Origin: Pirellulales bacterium
GTDB lineage: Bacteria > Planctomycetota > Planctomycetia > Pirellulales > JAICIG01
Reading direction: 5' to 3'
DNA length: 64,000 bases
NCBI GenBank assembly: GCA_963786255.1
Contig: CAWAYY010000042.1
Coordinates: forward strand, 35,751-99,750
In this document: positions 49,145-60,041 of the stretch, piece after piece
Position numbering within the stretch: the first letter of the stretch is position 1
Layout: every line of letters begins with the position of its first letter
The notes under the pieces: model-generated
The model's input: only the letters and a program-made list of their open reading frames with translations
Database searches by the model: none
What the model was told of the DNA's origin: nothing
Position numbers and translations under genes: made by a program

Positions 49145-50648
49145 CTAGCGACTTCCCCCGTCGCCCTTTCGCAAATCGCCGCAGGGGCGGATGTTCTTGC
49201 CGGGCGTGTTCGTGATTTCGTCGCCCAGGTCGTCGCGGGCTTGCTGCACAAGCTCCTGGAGCCGCTTGACGACTTCCGGGTGCTGCTGGGCGACGTTCTT
49301 CGTCTCACCCGGATCATCCTTGAGGTTATAGAGCGACAAGCCGATCTTCTCGACGCGGTAGCCATGCCGGCTGGCGATGCCGCGAATGCCCGACAGCGTA
49401 ATCGACTGCGGCTTCAGCTTGCCGTAGTTCGACGGCTTGCCGCCTTTGCCTGGCTCGCCGGCCACGGTGAGATATTCGTGCGGCAGGTGCAGCTTCCAAT
49501 CTCCCTGCCGCACGGCGTGAAGTTCGTTGCCGGAATAGTACCAGAAGACGTCGCGTCCTTTGGCGCCCGCTTCGCCGAATAGCAGCGGCGCCACGTCGAT
49601 GCCATCCAGCTTGGTCTTCGGCAACTCAGCGCCGACCAGACCGGCGATGGTGACGGACAGGTCCATGGTCGAGACGATCTCGTCGCTGACGCGGCTTGCA
49701 GGAACTTTGCCCGGCCAGCGCACCATGCAGGGCATGTGGACGCCCCCTTCGAACGTGGTCAGCTTGCCTTCACGCAACGGCCCGGCCGATCCGGCGTGCT
49801 CGCCGTAGGAAAGGAACGGCCCGTTGTCCGAGGTATAGATCACCAGCGTCCGTTCGGCCAGCTTGTGTTTGTCGAGCGCCGCCATGATCCGGCCGACCGA
49901 CCAGTCGAGCTCCTGAATCACGTCGCCGTACAGTCCGCGGCCGCTGGTTCCCTGCCACTTCTCCGAGGCGAAGATCGGCACGTGCGGCATGATCTGCGGC
50001 ACGTACAAGAAGAACGGCCGCTCGCGGTTCTTCTCGATGAACTTCACGGCGTGCTCGGTAATCCGGCGCGTGAACTGCGACTGGTCCGGGTCGCGCTCAA
50101 TCACTGTTTCGTATTCGTAGAGCGGCAGCGCCGGAATGTCATGAATCACCGGGTGCAGAGGCCCATTGTCGTTGGAATAGGGAATGCCGAAGAACTCGTC
50201 GAAGCCTCGCCGCGTAGGGAAGAACTCCAGCCGGGTTCCCAGGTGCCACTTGCCGTAGATCGCCGTGGCGTAGCCTTGCCGATGGCACAGCTCGCTGAGC
50301 AGCGTTTCGTTCGGATGAATGCCGATCATGCTGGTGTGGTTCAGCGCCACCGGCCATGCTCACGCGGTTCGGATAGCAGCCGGTCAGCAAGGCGGCACGC
50401 GAGGCCGTGCAGACCGGTTGCGCGACATAGAAGTTCGTGAACCGAGTGCCTTGCTGCGCCAACCGGTCCATGTTCGGCGTATTCACGTCCGTCGCGCCGT
50501 AACACCCCACGTCGCCATAGCCCTGGTCATCGGCGAAAATGAAGACGACGTTGGGCGGCGAAGACGAGTTTCGGGCAGGCGCCGCCAGGCCTTGCGTCGA
50601 TGCCATGGCCAGCCAGGCTGCCGCGAGCGCGAAGACAGATCGATTCAT
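49145..50648 (-). pseudogene. arylsulfatase-family (formylglycine-dependent) sulfatase, secreted, frame-disrupted as sequenced (1 lesion near 50350)
   Basis: [17 protein letters not shown]...[20 protein letters not shown]...[19 protein letters not shown] (C-x-x-x-R motif). It continues as ...[13 protein letters not shown]... in ORF 49145..50350. Confidence 0.85.
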
Positions 50649-50731
50649 GAACGTGGTTCTCCTTCTATGGCATATTGCGGCGAATGGTTCGCACGATTTG
50701 CCCGCCGCGACTTGCTAGCGATGAGTCGGCG

Positions 50732-53115
50732 TCAGGTAATACAGCGCCAGAGTATCGCCCGCCGCGCATTGCCGCGCAGCATCACCGAGCGGCTGAAATC
50801 GACGGGCTCCAACAGCAGATATCGCCAGACCAGGCCGTTGCGGCTGCCGCTCAGGCTGCGGCGCACCTCGCCGGCTTCGGCGGGAAAGCCCAGAAAGCTG
50901 CGCCAGGAAAGATCCGTCCACGCCGGGCGGTCCTGGCCATCGACGACCAGCGACTCAAGGCCGCCGCGCTCGTTGGCGGGCCGCTGCGAGATCAGTGCAA
51001 TCCAACGCCCTCGGCCCGATTGCGTAATCAATTCGCGCCGTTCGGCCCCGCCGGCTTGAAAAATGCCGTGCAATCGGGTTTGCAACCGTGCGTCGTCGGC
51101 TTCCGGCAGCGGCTCGTACGACACGGTCGCGCCAACTCCCGAGATCGGCCGCTCGCCGTGGTTGATCGCCGTGATCGTCAGACCGTCGCGATAAGGCATC
51201 GCCAGCAGGTTGGTCAACCCGCCCCGATCGACCATGACGAAGTTGGGGAAGTTGCCCCCCTTGCCCGCCAGTCCCGGGTAAAGATAGCGCGCCGGAGCGT
51301 GCAAGGCAGGCTGACGCTGCCCGTCCACTTGAACCTCCAGCCATAGATCGTTATTGGCCAGCACGGCGGGGTTCACTTGCAGCTTGGTCCATTGCACCAC
51401 GCCGGCATCTTTCAGTTCGATCAGCGTCTGCCGCTCGCCCGGCTTGATCGTCTTGGGGCTTGCATTTGCCGCGGCAGCGGGTCGGCCTCGCGGTGGGCGC
51501 CCCAGCCGAGTTGCTGATTGCGATACGAAAGGGCCGGCAACAATCCTCGACCTACGCCGCTTTCGCCGCCGGCGTATTGCTGCAGCGGCGCATCGGCCGG
51601 GAGATTCACATAGTCGAACCGGTATTCGCTCGGCTGCTGGGCCTGCAGCACGACCTTCAGGCTCTTGCGATACGGCAGAAACGTCAATAGCGGCTGGCGT
51701 TGCTCGCCGACCAGCGGCACGTGACGGTGCAGCTCGCCGGCGGCGCATTCCATGCGAGGCTGCGCTTCGCCGTCGAAAAAGAAGGCGAGTTTTCCGGAAT
51801 CGTTCGTCCGCGAAATTTCCACCACGGCGCCGGGACCGGTCAATTCGGCCAGCACGTGCTCGCCCGAGTGCTCGACCTTCTTGTAGGTCATGCCCGAGCG
51901 GATCGAATCGTCGACGGCCAGCGTCTCGAGATTCATCAAGCGATCGAGGACCTGCTTCGACGCCGACTCGACTCGCGGAGCGTACCAGGCCTCCATCCCC
52001 GGCCCGTCCGGCGCTTCGAGCACGCGCAAGTCGCGAAACTCGATCCGCGCGTTGTGGTCCTGCAGGCCGATCCAGCCTTTCAGATTGCGGCGGTGCAACT
52101 CCGGCAAACGCGACGTGTTGACCTGCTGCACCAGCACGCCGTTGACCCAGGCGGAGATCATGTAACCCTCGGCCTTGATCGCCAGGCGGTTCCAATCTTC
52201 CGAACGGTCGGCCTTGGCGATCGGCTCGAGATTGCCGTACAGGGCCATTGTCGAGTGCCGGGTGAGGGGCATGCCCGGCTTTTCGTCGAGCAGTTGCAGT
52301 TCCATCCCGTCGCCCGAAGGCCAGCCGGCTCGGGCCGTGCGGATGCCGACGCCGGAGTTGCCCCCCTTGGCCATCTTGTAGATGGTTGAGAGCGTGAAGT
52401 TAGCGTACTCCTTTTCCGTGCGGAGATAATTGCCGTTTTTGTTCAGGCAGACGATGCCCTCGGGAGTCGCGCCCCAGCCGGCCAGCTTGCCGGGCGTCCA
52501 CCAGCCGGCCAGGTCCTTGCCGTTGTAGATCGGCTCTCCGGCCGGTTCGCTCGCTCGCAGTCCGCTCAGCTTCGCTTCGCCCTTGGCGACCGCCAGCCCC
52601 AGGCCATAACGTGCTTTGGCGGGAACATGAACTTCGAACCATGGCTGGCCGTCGATTGCCAGCGACAGACGGTCCTTGTCGCGGCGCAACACCGCGTCGT
52701 GCCAGCCGTCGGCGGCGGGGCCAAGCTTGGCCCCGGCGAAGAGCTTCTGGTCGCCCTGGCGGAGCTCGCCCGCATGATCGCTCTCAGCGAGCGTAAGCGC
52801 CAGCCCTTGCTGACCGGCGGGCGCCTCGGGGAGCGATAACGTCAGCTCGCCGCCGCCCGGCGTCGACCAGCGGAAAGCCAGCTCCACGTCGCCCCAGGTC
52901 CAGCCGGACAATAGCGGCGTCGCCCCCTGTTCGCCTCGCAGCACGCCGTCGGTCATCTGCCAGCCCTGGGCCGATTCAGGGCCGTACTGCCAGCCGGCCA
53001 GCGAGTTGGAATCGAAGAGGGCGATCCCTGTCGACGCTTCCTGGGCGGGCAGATCAGCCGTCAGCGCCGACGGTAGAAGCAACAAGGCGACCAGCAAGGC
53101 ACGAGACAGGGACAT
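50732..53115 (-). pseudogene. secreted 2x DUF1080 (3-keto-disaccharide hydrolase-like) + DUF2961 (GH172-like) protein, frame-disrupted as sequenced (1 lesion near 51460-51510, possibly another near 50770)
   Basis: The ATG at 53115 gives MSLSRALLVALLLLPSAL. DUF1080 pattern: IYNGKDLAGW...YANFTL...GGNSGVGIR...MELQLLD...ALYG...WN...GWIGLQDHNARIEFRDLRV. DUF2961-like: LAELTGPGAVVEISRTNDSGKLAFFFDGEAQP. The C-terminal half is in ORF 50732..52195. An alternative C-terminus AAGDTLALYYLTPTHR* would end at 50715. Confidence 0.65.
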
Positions 53116-53315
53116 GACGGCTTTCCGATGGAGTGAACGTTTAAATGCAAAACAGGCGATCGTCCCTCGCGAGCCGCCTTCAGCGGCGCCCATTCCTTGC
53201 GGCCGCGTCGCGGCCCGGAGAAAAGGCGGCCGGCAATCTCGCCAGGCGACCGATCCCCTGAAGAACACGTCGTGCGGCGAGACAACGCTGTCTGTCGCTT
53301 ATAACCCGAATCCGG

Positions 53316-54164
53316 CTACAAGCCAAGAAACTCTTCCACGGCCTCACGCATCACGACGGCGTCCGGCTCGATGCCCGTCCAGAGCCGGAACGCGATGGCG
53401 CCCTGATTGACGATCATCCCCAATCCGTCGAGCGTCTTGGCGCCGCGCGCCTTGGCTTCCTGCAGAAACCGAGTGTCGGGGGGGCTGGCGATCACGTCAG
53501 CGGCGACCAGTTCCGCCGCTACGGCATCCCAGCAGACCGGCACGCGGGCATCGGGGTCGTTGAGTCCGACGCTGGTGGCGTTGACCAGCACCTCGGTCTC
53601 CGCCGGAACTTCGTACTCATCTACCCAGACCGTCAGCGTGGCGGGCGTTTGGGTCTTCTCGTTGAGCAGCTCGACCAGCTCCTGGCCCCGTTCGGCCGTG
53701 CGGTTTACGACCGATATGGCTGCCGCGCCGGCCAGCGCCAGTTCCACGCCGATCGCCCGGGCGGCGCCGCCGGCTCCCAGCAGCACCACGCGCTTGCCCG
53801 TCGGATCGACGACGCTGCGGAGCGACTGCATGAAGCCCTTGCCGTCGGTATTCTCGCCGACGAGTTCGCGGCCTTCGCGAACGATGCAGTTGACGGCGCC
53901 CATTCGCGCCGCCGCGTCGCTCAGCCGGTCGAGGTGCTCGAGCACGGCGACCTTATGAGGCTTGGTAATATTGCCGCCGCGAAAGCTCATGGCCCGCATA
54001 CCGCGGACGGCGTCTCCCAGATCTTCGGCGGCGACTTCCAGCGTCAGATAGCGCCACTCGAGCCCATGGCAGGCGAACGCCTTTTCGATCATGAATTGCG
54101 TTGGGTTGCCGGCAACCGGCTGACCGAACAGCGAGCAGATTTCTTGCAGCGACGAGCTAATCAC
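53316..54164 (-). CDS. aroE: shikimate dehydrogenase
   Basis: The GTG at 54164 gives (M)ISSSLQEICSLFGQPVAGNPTQFMIEKAF...GGNITKPHK...VNCIV.....LVGENTDGKGF...VLLGAGGAARAI. The upstream 490 nt of track ORF 53316..54656 belongs to the decayed neighbouring gene, not to aroE. Confidence 0.85.
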   Translation of the reverse strand: MISSSLQEICSLFGQPVAGNPTQFMIEKAFACHGLEWRYLTLEVAAEDLGDAVRGMRAMSFRGGNITKPHKVAVLEHLDRLSDAAARMGAVNCIVREGRELVGENTDGKGFMQSLRSVVDPTGKRVVLLGAGGAARAIGVELALAGAAAISVVNRTAERGQELVELLNEKTQTPATLTVWVDEYEVPAETEVLVNATSVGLNDPDARVPVCWDAVAAELVAADVIASPPDTRFLQEAKARGAKTLDGLGMIVNQGAIAFRLWTGIEPDAVVMREAVEEFLGL

Positions 54165-54319
54165 GGTTGAGCGGCGAAAAGTTCCGAGGCCCGTGCGGGG
54201 GAGTTCTTTTGCTTTTTGGCCGACCGCCGCGAGTCCTTCGGCGGCGCGCCTGCGCGTAAGCCAATATCTTCCCCTAGGCGGGCGATTGCCGCAAGGGTTG
54301 GCTTGGCGGCTCGCGTTAA

Positions 54320-56392
54320 TTAGCCCATGAACTCGGCGGCAATTCGATCCAAAATCAAAAGGCGTAATGCCTTCACGAACGGCGAATACGGAATCGGCCG
54401 AATTCTTGTCAAGCGTGCGATCGCCATGCGCCTTGACGTGCAGATCGAACAACGCGTACAAGTTGGTCTTTATCAGGCTCGTCAAGGCACGCAGCATCAA
54501 GGATACGCCCGAAAGGTTGCTTTGTACGTTGTTCCAGCACGGTTGCTTGCGCACTGAAATATCGGCCCAGAGCGCCTGTCGGTTCTGCAGGTCGAGGATC
54601 GATGGAATGCAAATGCGGCGTGTTGGCTGCGACGTCAACCTCTGCCCCAATGGCATGCCGGCTCGAAAATCTCTCCCGAATTGGCATGCTTACGGCTCAT
54701 CCAACCGGCAAAGCATTCCGGCAAGTCGCAATACGGTTGCTCAGTAAAACTGTTTAGCGACATGACGACATAATGCACTCCCCCCGACCGCGTTCGTTCG
54801 ATGTCCAGGTCGATAAACTCGGCGGCGCCTTCGGGAGCATCCACGATATCTCCACCGTGATGGCCGCCAAAATTCTTGAGGTTGTAGTACGATACGACGT
54901 CGAGATAGTTAAACTCTGCGTCATACAGCACGGCTGACAAATCGATGTCAGTCCGGCTGGTTCCATTTTTCCACCAAAGAAAGAATCGCACGACGTTGCC
55001 GTCCGGCAGCGGAACCTTGCTTCCGCGGACCAGAGTCCGCAAGGATTTCGCCGCGGAGCGTTGCGAGAGAAGGGAACCAGATAGTCCGCCAGTGCGGGGT
55101 CGAGATAACATTTGCCTAGCGGAGGCAAGCTCGCGAATCGGGCCGAGAGGTGCCTCGCAGATGGCCGCTGCTTTTGTCGCCGATCCGGGGGGTAACGGGG
55201 GCCAGTTGATTGGCGATGGCCTGGACCTTGGCCACGTCCCCTTTGGGGAAGAAGATTCGCAAGGACTGCGGACGATCCCGATGGAGCAAGTGCGTGAATG
55301 TTTGCAGCAGGACGGGCGTTGACACGCGCTCGGCAATGCGCTCGAACGCACTGAGTACGCCTTCCGCATTACCGTCGAGGCAACAGATGGTCGAGACGCC
55401 TCGTTAAGCTCTCCAGGTCGCTGCATTAAGAGTTCGAGGGCGCCGGCGACGTCACGGTCTCTCAATCGCTCTTCGACACGCCCGTTAAAGGTCACGTACG
55501 CACCGTTGTTGCGCAGGCGTATCAAATGAAGCGGCGGCTTTGGGGAATTGCTTCTCGAATTCCCGCGGGTGCAGGCGTTCGCCGAGCCGCTTCCACCGTT
55601 CTTTCCAGTGCCGAATATGTCGCCCGTCGGCTCCTGCGGCGAGCGTTTCGATCCAGCGTAACATTCGCCTTCGTTCGCGCCGCCTGAACGTCACAAACTT
55701 TGTCGGATCAGCCAACGATACGTCGCCATCGCTCAAGGCAACCGCCAATCGCAGCACGTCAGTCGCGGTTTGTATTCTTTCGTCAAGCCACGAGTCCGTC
55801 AGGTTCGTCAAAGACATGAGCTGTGCGCAATGATCGCGAGGTTCTCTCTGACGGGAACCTCAGCGGGGCAATAACCTCGCTAGATCGTCGCGATACTGGG
55901 CTGCGAACCAGGCGATATCGCTCTGTCCTGCGCCGAGAGCGAAGTGCGCGAGACTCGCCAACCGCGTAAATAGATTCTCGAAATCTTCTCGCGACCCTAG
56001 ATCGACGACCTGCAAATCAACGGTTTGCGCAGCGGCAGCCGACGCTGTTTTTCATACGCGGGACGCAAATTGGTCAGGTAGTGCCGGATGGCATTCAGGT
56101 ACAGGCTGGCCTCTGACAACTCCATCACCTGCTCGGGAAAATTCGGATACATCGGCGTGAAGACCCGATGGAGGCGACGTCAGCTCGCAAGTCTTTGACT
56201 AGACTCTTGTAAAAAGAGCCTGAGACGCTCGACCGACAGCGTTTCAAGACGCGTAGGCAGCGCCTGGGATAGCACGAAGCCGAGCGACTCGATATTCTTC
56301 TGCATGCGGTGCGAGATGCTGTCGTCGACACGCCGCCAGCACCGGGCTTGACGTGAAACCTTGCGACAGCGGCGTAGGTAGATGGTATTCAT
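54320..56392 (-). pseudogene. large (about 690 aa) TerD-domain-containing protein, heavily decayed (at least 12 frame disruptions)
   Basis: Pieces are readable in all three frames: MNTIYLRR...; VFTPMYPNFPEQVMELSEASLYLNAIRHYLTN; TVDLQVVDLGSREDFENLFTRLASLAHFALG; MSLTNLTDSWLDERIQTATDVLRLAVALSDGDVSLADPTKFVTFRRRERRRML; LHPREFEKQFPKAAA; LIRLRNNGAYVTFNGRVEERL; VSTPVLLQTFTHLLHRDRPQSLRIFFPKGDVAKVQAI; LPPLGKCYLDPALADYLVPFS. The TerD-like core reads RFFLWWKNGTSRTDIDLSAVLYDAEFNYLDVVSYYNLKNFGGHHGGDIVDAPEGAAEFIDLDI. The tail reads ...NNVQSNLSGVSLMLRALTSLIKTNLYALFDLH...ADSVFAVREGITPFD / ILDRIAAEFMG*. Confidence 0.65.
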
Positions 56393-56853
56393 TGCCCGAT
56401 CAATGGCAGCGCCCGGCCCGGCCGCCGGGAGCCAAAATGTGGAAAGCGAAGACTCTAGTTATCAGGAGTAGAAGGAAGAATCTTCATAGCCACGCTCACA
56501 GCCTATCGCCCGCCGCAACAGTTTTCAATGCCGACGCCTCTTCCAGGCCGGAGGACTGGCGCCCGGTTTGGCGTAACTTCGAAGAGAATAGAGAATCTTT
56601 GCTGCTCCACGGTTCGCGCGTCCCCGTTGCCGCCGTGAAGAAATGCGGTGTCCGGGAGGGCGCCTCCGCGGCTCCAAAAACGACGACGGTTCGCGGCGTT
56701 TTTCCTTGTGCCGCGTGGCTCGGCCATGTCCCAACCGTCTTCCCGGCATGGTACACTCGTAAGCTTGCCGACACTCGAATTTAATCGCCCGATAGGTCGA
56801 TATTGGCCCCCAATCCTTAAGCCCGTTCGTCAAGCAGCGTCTCGGAGTTCTTT

Positions 56854-59823
56854 ATGCGTTCAGGCGGCACGTCGTGTTTGCGTTTCACCGCGGCTGGTCG
56901 GCATCGGGTTGTGCGTGCTCGCTGCGTCGGCGGTCGGAGCGGAGAAGTCCGGGCCAGGCGAACGGCGTGGACGATGTCGCGGATTCATGGCTCGCCCGAG
57001 CCGCCGGCGCCCTATCGGCTCGCGCCGGCGTTTCCGAAGCTGCACTTTCAACTGCCGACCTGCGTCGAAAAGTTCCCCGACGCGAAGCGGCTGCTGGTGA
57101 CGGAGAGAACCGGGAAGATCTTCAGCTTTCCTGAGCAAACAGACGTCAGCCGGGCCGATCTGGTCGTCGACTTGCAAGCCTGGCTGCCAGGCGAACTGGC
57201 CGGCAAAAGCGTCTCGCTGCTGGATGCCGACTTTCACCCGCAGTTTCACGACAATCGCTACCTGTTCGTCTGCTACGTCCATCCGGCGGGCGGCGGCCAT
57301 ACGCGCGTCTCGCGGTTCACGCTCGATGGCGATTCGCCGCCGCGGGCCGTCCCCGGCAGCGAACAGGTCGTACTCACGTGGCCGTCGGGAGGCCACAACG
57401 GCGGCTGCCTGGAGTTCGGCAAGGACGGTTACTTGTATATCTCTACGGGCGACGGCGCCGGGCCCAACCCGCCCGACGGCCGGACCACCGGGCAGGACGT
57501 TTCCGACCTGCTGGGCGCCGTGCTGCGGATCGACGTCGATCATCGCCAGGCCGAGCGGCCTATTCGATCCCGGCAGACAATCCGTTCGTCGAGCTTGAAA
57601 GGCGCCCGCGGCGAGATCTGGGCCTACGGCCTGCGCAACCCGTGGAAGTTCGGCGTCGATTCGGAAACGGGCGACGTGTTCGCGGCCGACAACGGCTGGG
57701 AGACGTGGGAGATGGTGCATCGCATCGTCCGCGGGGGCAATTGCGGCTGGCCGATCATGGAAGGCCGCGCCGCCTTGCGGACCGAGGTCAAGCCGGGACC
57801 GACGCCCATCCTGCCGCCGGTCATAGACCACCCGCACACCGAGGCCAACTCGGTCATCGGCGGCCCGGTCTATCGCGGCGCCAAGCTGCCCGGTCTGGTC
57901 GGCTCGTTCATCTACGGCGACTACATCACCGGCACCATCTGGGCCGCTGCGGCCGGACAAGGACAACTCGTATTCGCATCGACCTTAGTCGACACCGACC
58001 AGCGAATCGTCTCCTTCACGCAAGGCGGCGAGGGCGAACTGTACGTGCTCGACTACGATTTCACCGGCCAAATCTATGAACTGCTCCCCTCGGACTTGCC
58101 GGATACATCCGCCAGCTTTCCCGGCGGCTGAGCGAGACGGGCTTGTTCTCTTCACTCAAAACGATGACCCCCGCGCCGGGCGTCGTGCCTTACGCCGTGA
58201 AGGTCAACCGCTGGATGGATGGCGCCAGGCCGAGGCGCTGGGCGGCGATTCCCGGCGCCGGCCAGATCCAGCCCGGCAAAGACAAGCCGCGGCCGTCTAT
58301 CCAGAAGGGACCGTATTCGCCAAGCACCTGACCTTGCCCGTTGAGTCGGGGCAGGGCAACGAACCGACTCGTTTGGAAACGCAGATCCTGCACTACGAAC
58401 GCGGCACATGGCGCCCTTACAGTTATCTGTGGGACGAGTCAGGCGCCGAGGCCTATCTGGTCGAGTCGATCGGCGCCAACCGCCCGCTACGGCTCGCCGA
58501 TCCGGCGGCAAAGAACGGATACGTCGAGCGAACCTGGCACGTCAATGCCGTCAATGAGTGCAAGGCGTGCCACAATGCAGAGTCGGGCTACGTACTCGGC
58601 TTTGTGCCGAACCAGTTCGACCGCGCGGCAGTCGACGCCCGTTCGCAATCGGCCAGTCAATTGGCCTGGCTGATGGAGCAAGGCGTCTTCTCCGAACCGC
58701 CGCACGTTTCCGCGGACGATCCGCTGGCGCTGCGTCGATCCGCACGATCCCAAGCAACCTTTGGAAGATCGGGCCCGCTCCTACCTGCACGTCAATTGCA
58801 GCATGTGCCACCAGCCCGGCGGCAACGCGATCGTTTCGTTTTTACTGCGCAGAGATCTGCCGTTCGACAAGCTCAACACCAACAAAGGCACAGGCATCGG
58901 CACGTTCGGCCTGCAAGACGCCCGGATCATTGTGCCAGGCGATCCGTATCGCAGCATCTTGATGTATCGCATGTCGAAGCTGGGTTATGCGCGGATGCCT
59001 TATATCGGCTCGCGCGTCGTCGACAGCCGGGGCGTCACGCTGATCGACGCGTGGCTCCGCTCGCTGTCCGCGACACAAGGCGCCCATTCCGGCCCCGTCA
59101 CACAAGGCGCCCCAGAGTCCGAAGCCTTGCTGGCGCTCGCGAACCGTGACAACGGCGGCCAACCGCATGAGGCCGAGATCCGCGAACTGTTGAACTCGAC
59201 AGGCGGCGCCTTGGCGCTGGCCGTCCGCATGCACGCGGGCGATCTCGCCGAAGCGGACTTCAAGCTGGCTGCATCACTCGGCGCCGCATCGCCGAAGAGC
59301 GACGTTCGCGGTCTGTTGGAAGCGTTCCTGCCCGAGTCGCAGCGGCGTGCGACGCTGGGCGCCAGTTCGATCCGGAGCTGGTTCTCAGCCGCAAGGGAGA
59401 TCACGAACGGGGCAAGCTGATCTTCTTCAGCGACGGCGCCCGCTGCCGCGCGTGCCACGAGTTCGATGACAGGAGCCAATCGCTCGGGCCCACGCTGCAA
59501 GAGATCAACAAAAAATACGCCCGGCTGCCTGAAATGCTGCAGCACGTGCTGCGACCATCGCAGAAGATCGACGAGCCGTTCGCCGCTTACGCCATCGCCA
59601 CGGCCGACGGTCGGCTGCTCAGCGGGCTGCTCGTCGAGAAGAACGATCAGGCGGTCGTCGTCAAGACGGCCGAAAAGAAACTCATCCGCATCGCGCGGGA
59701 TGACATCGAGGAATTGCGAAGAGCGAGAAGTCCTTGATGCCCGAAGGCGTGCTCAGCGACTTGACCGCCCAGGAAGCCGCCGACCTGTTCGAGTACATTC
59801 GCTCGCAGGGCGCCGGGGAATAA
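56854..59823 (+). pseudogene. secreted PQQ-dependent sugar-dehydrogenase-like beta-propeller fused to a PVC-type heme-binding region with three CxxCH motifs, frame-disrupted as sequenced (about 9 lesions)
   Basis: SRIHGSPEPPAPYRLAPAFPKLHF...GGHNGGCLEFGKDGYLYISTGDG...YSIPADNPFV (other frame)...EIWAYGLRNPWKF...GGNCGWP...LSETGLFSSLKTMTPAPGVVPY...CKACHN...NCSMCHQPGG...GARCRACHEFDDRSQSLGPTL...SLMPEGVLSDLTAQEAADLFEYIRS*. Lesions lie near 56885, 56965, 57561, 57599, 58118, 58293, 58733, 59362 and 59718. Confidence 0.7.
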
Positions 59824-59879
59824 CACCCGCCAAATCGCCGGCCGTAATTCTTGGATGCAGCGAATCCGTGACGGACTAT

Positions 59880-59907
59880 GAGGCGCCATGCCTTTCGTCG
59901 GCGCCTC
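59880..59907. terminator. GC-rich hairpin between convergent genes (candidate bidirectional terminator)
   Basis: GAGGCGCC (59880-59887) pairs with GGCGCCTC (59900-59907) around a 12-nt loop. A second hairpin, GCATGCT...AGCATGC, follows. Confidence 0.4.
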
Positions 59908-60041
59908 GCCGACGTAGGCATGCTCCGTAAGGGTCGGGAAGCATGCTTACCAGCTCGCCAAGGCTCGCGGGAAAGCATGGCAGCCCGAAAATCATGATCA
60001 ATTCGATTGGGGCAAATCGCGGCCTGTGATTCAGAACGTCC

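Noticed and set aside
53316-54656. 446-aa ORF that would give shikimate dehydrogenase a 160-aa N-terminal extension
   Set aside because: AroE homology begins at the GTG at 54164. The upstream in-frame part matches the C-terminal tail of the decayed TerD-like gene, which ends in another frame at 54320.
20994-59718. Programmed ribosomal frameshifting as an explanation for the frame changes
   Set aside because: There are no recurring slippery heptamers or downstream pseudoknots at the sites. The lesions differ in direction and context, and they hit unrelated genes many times each.
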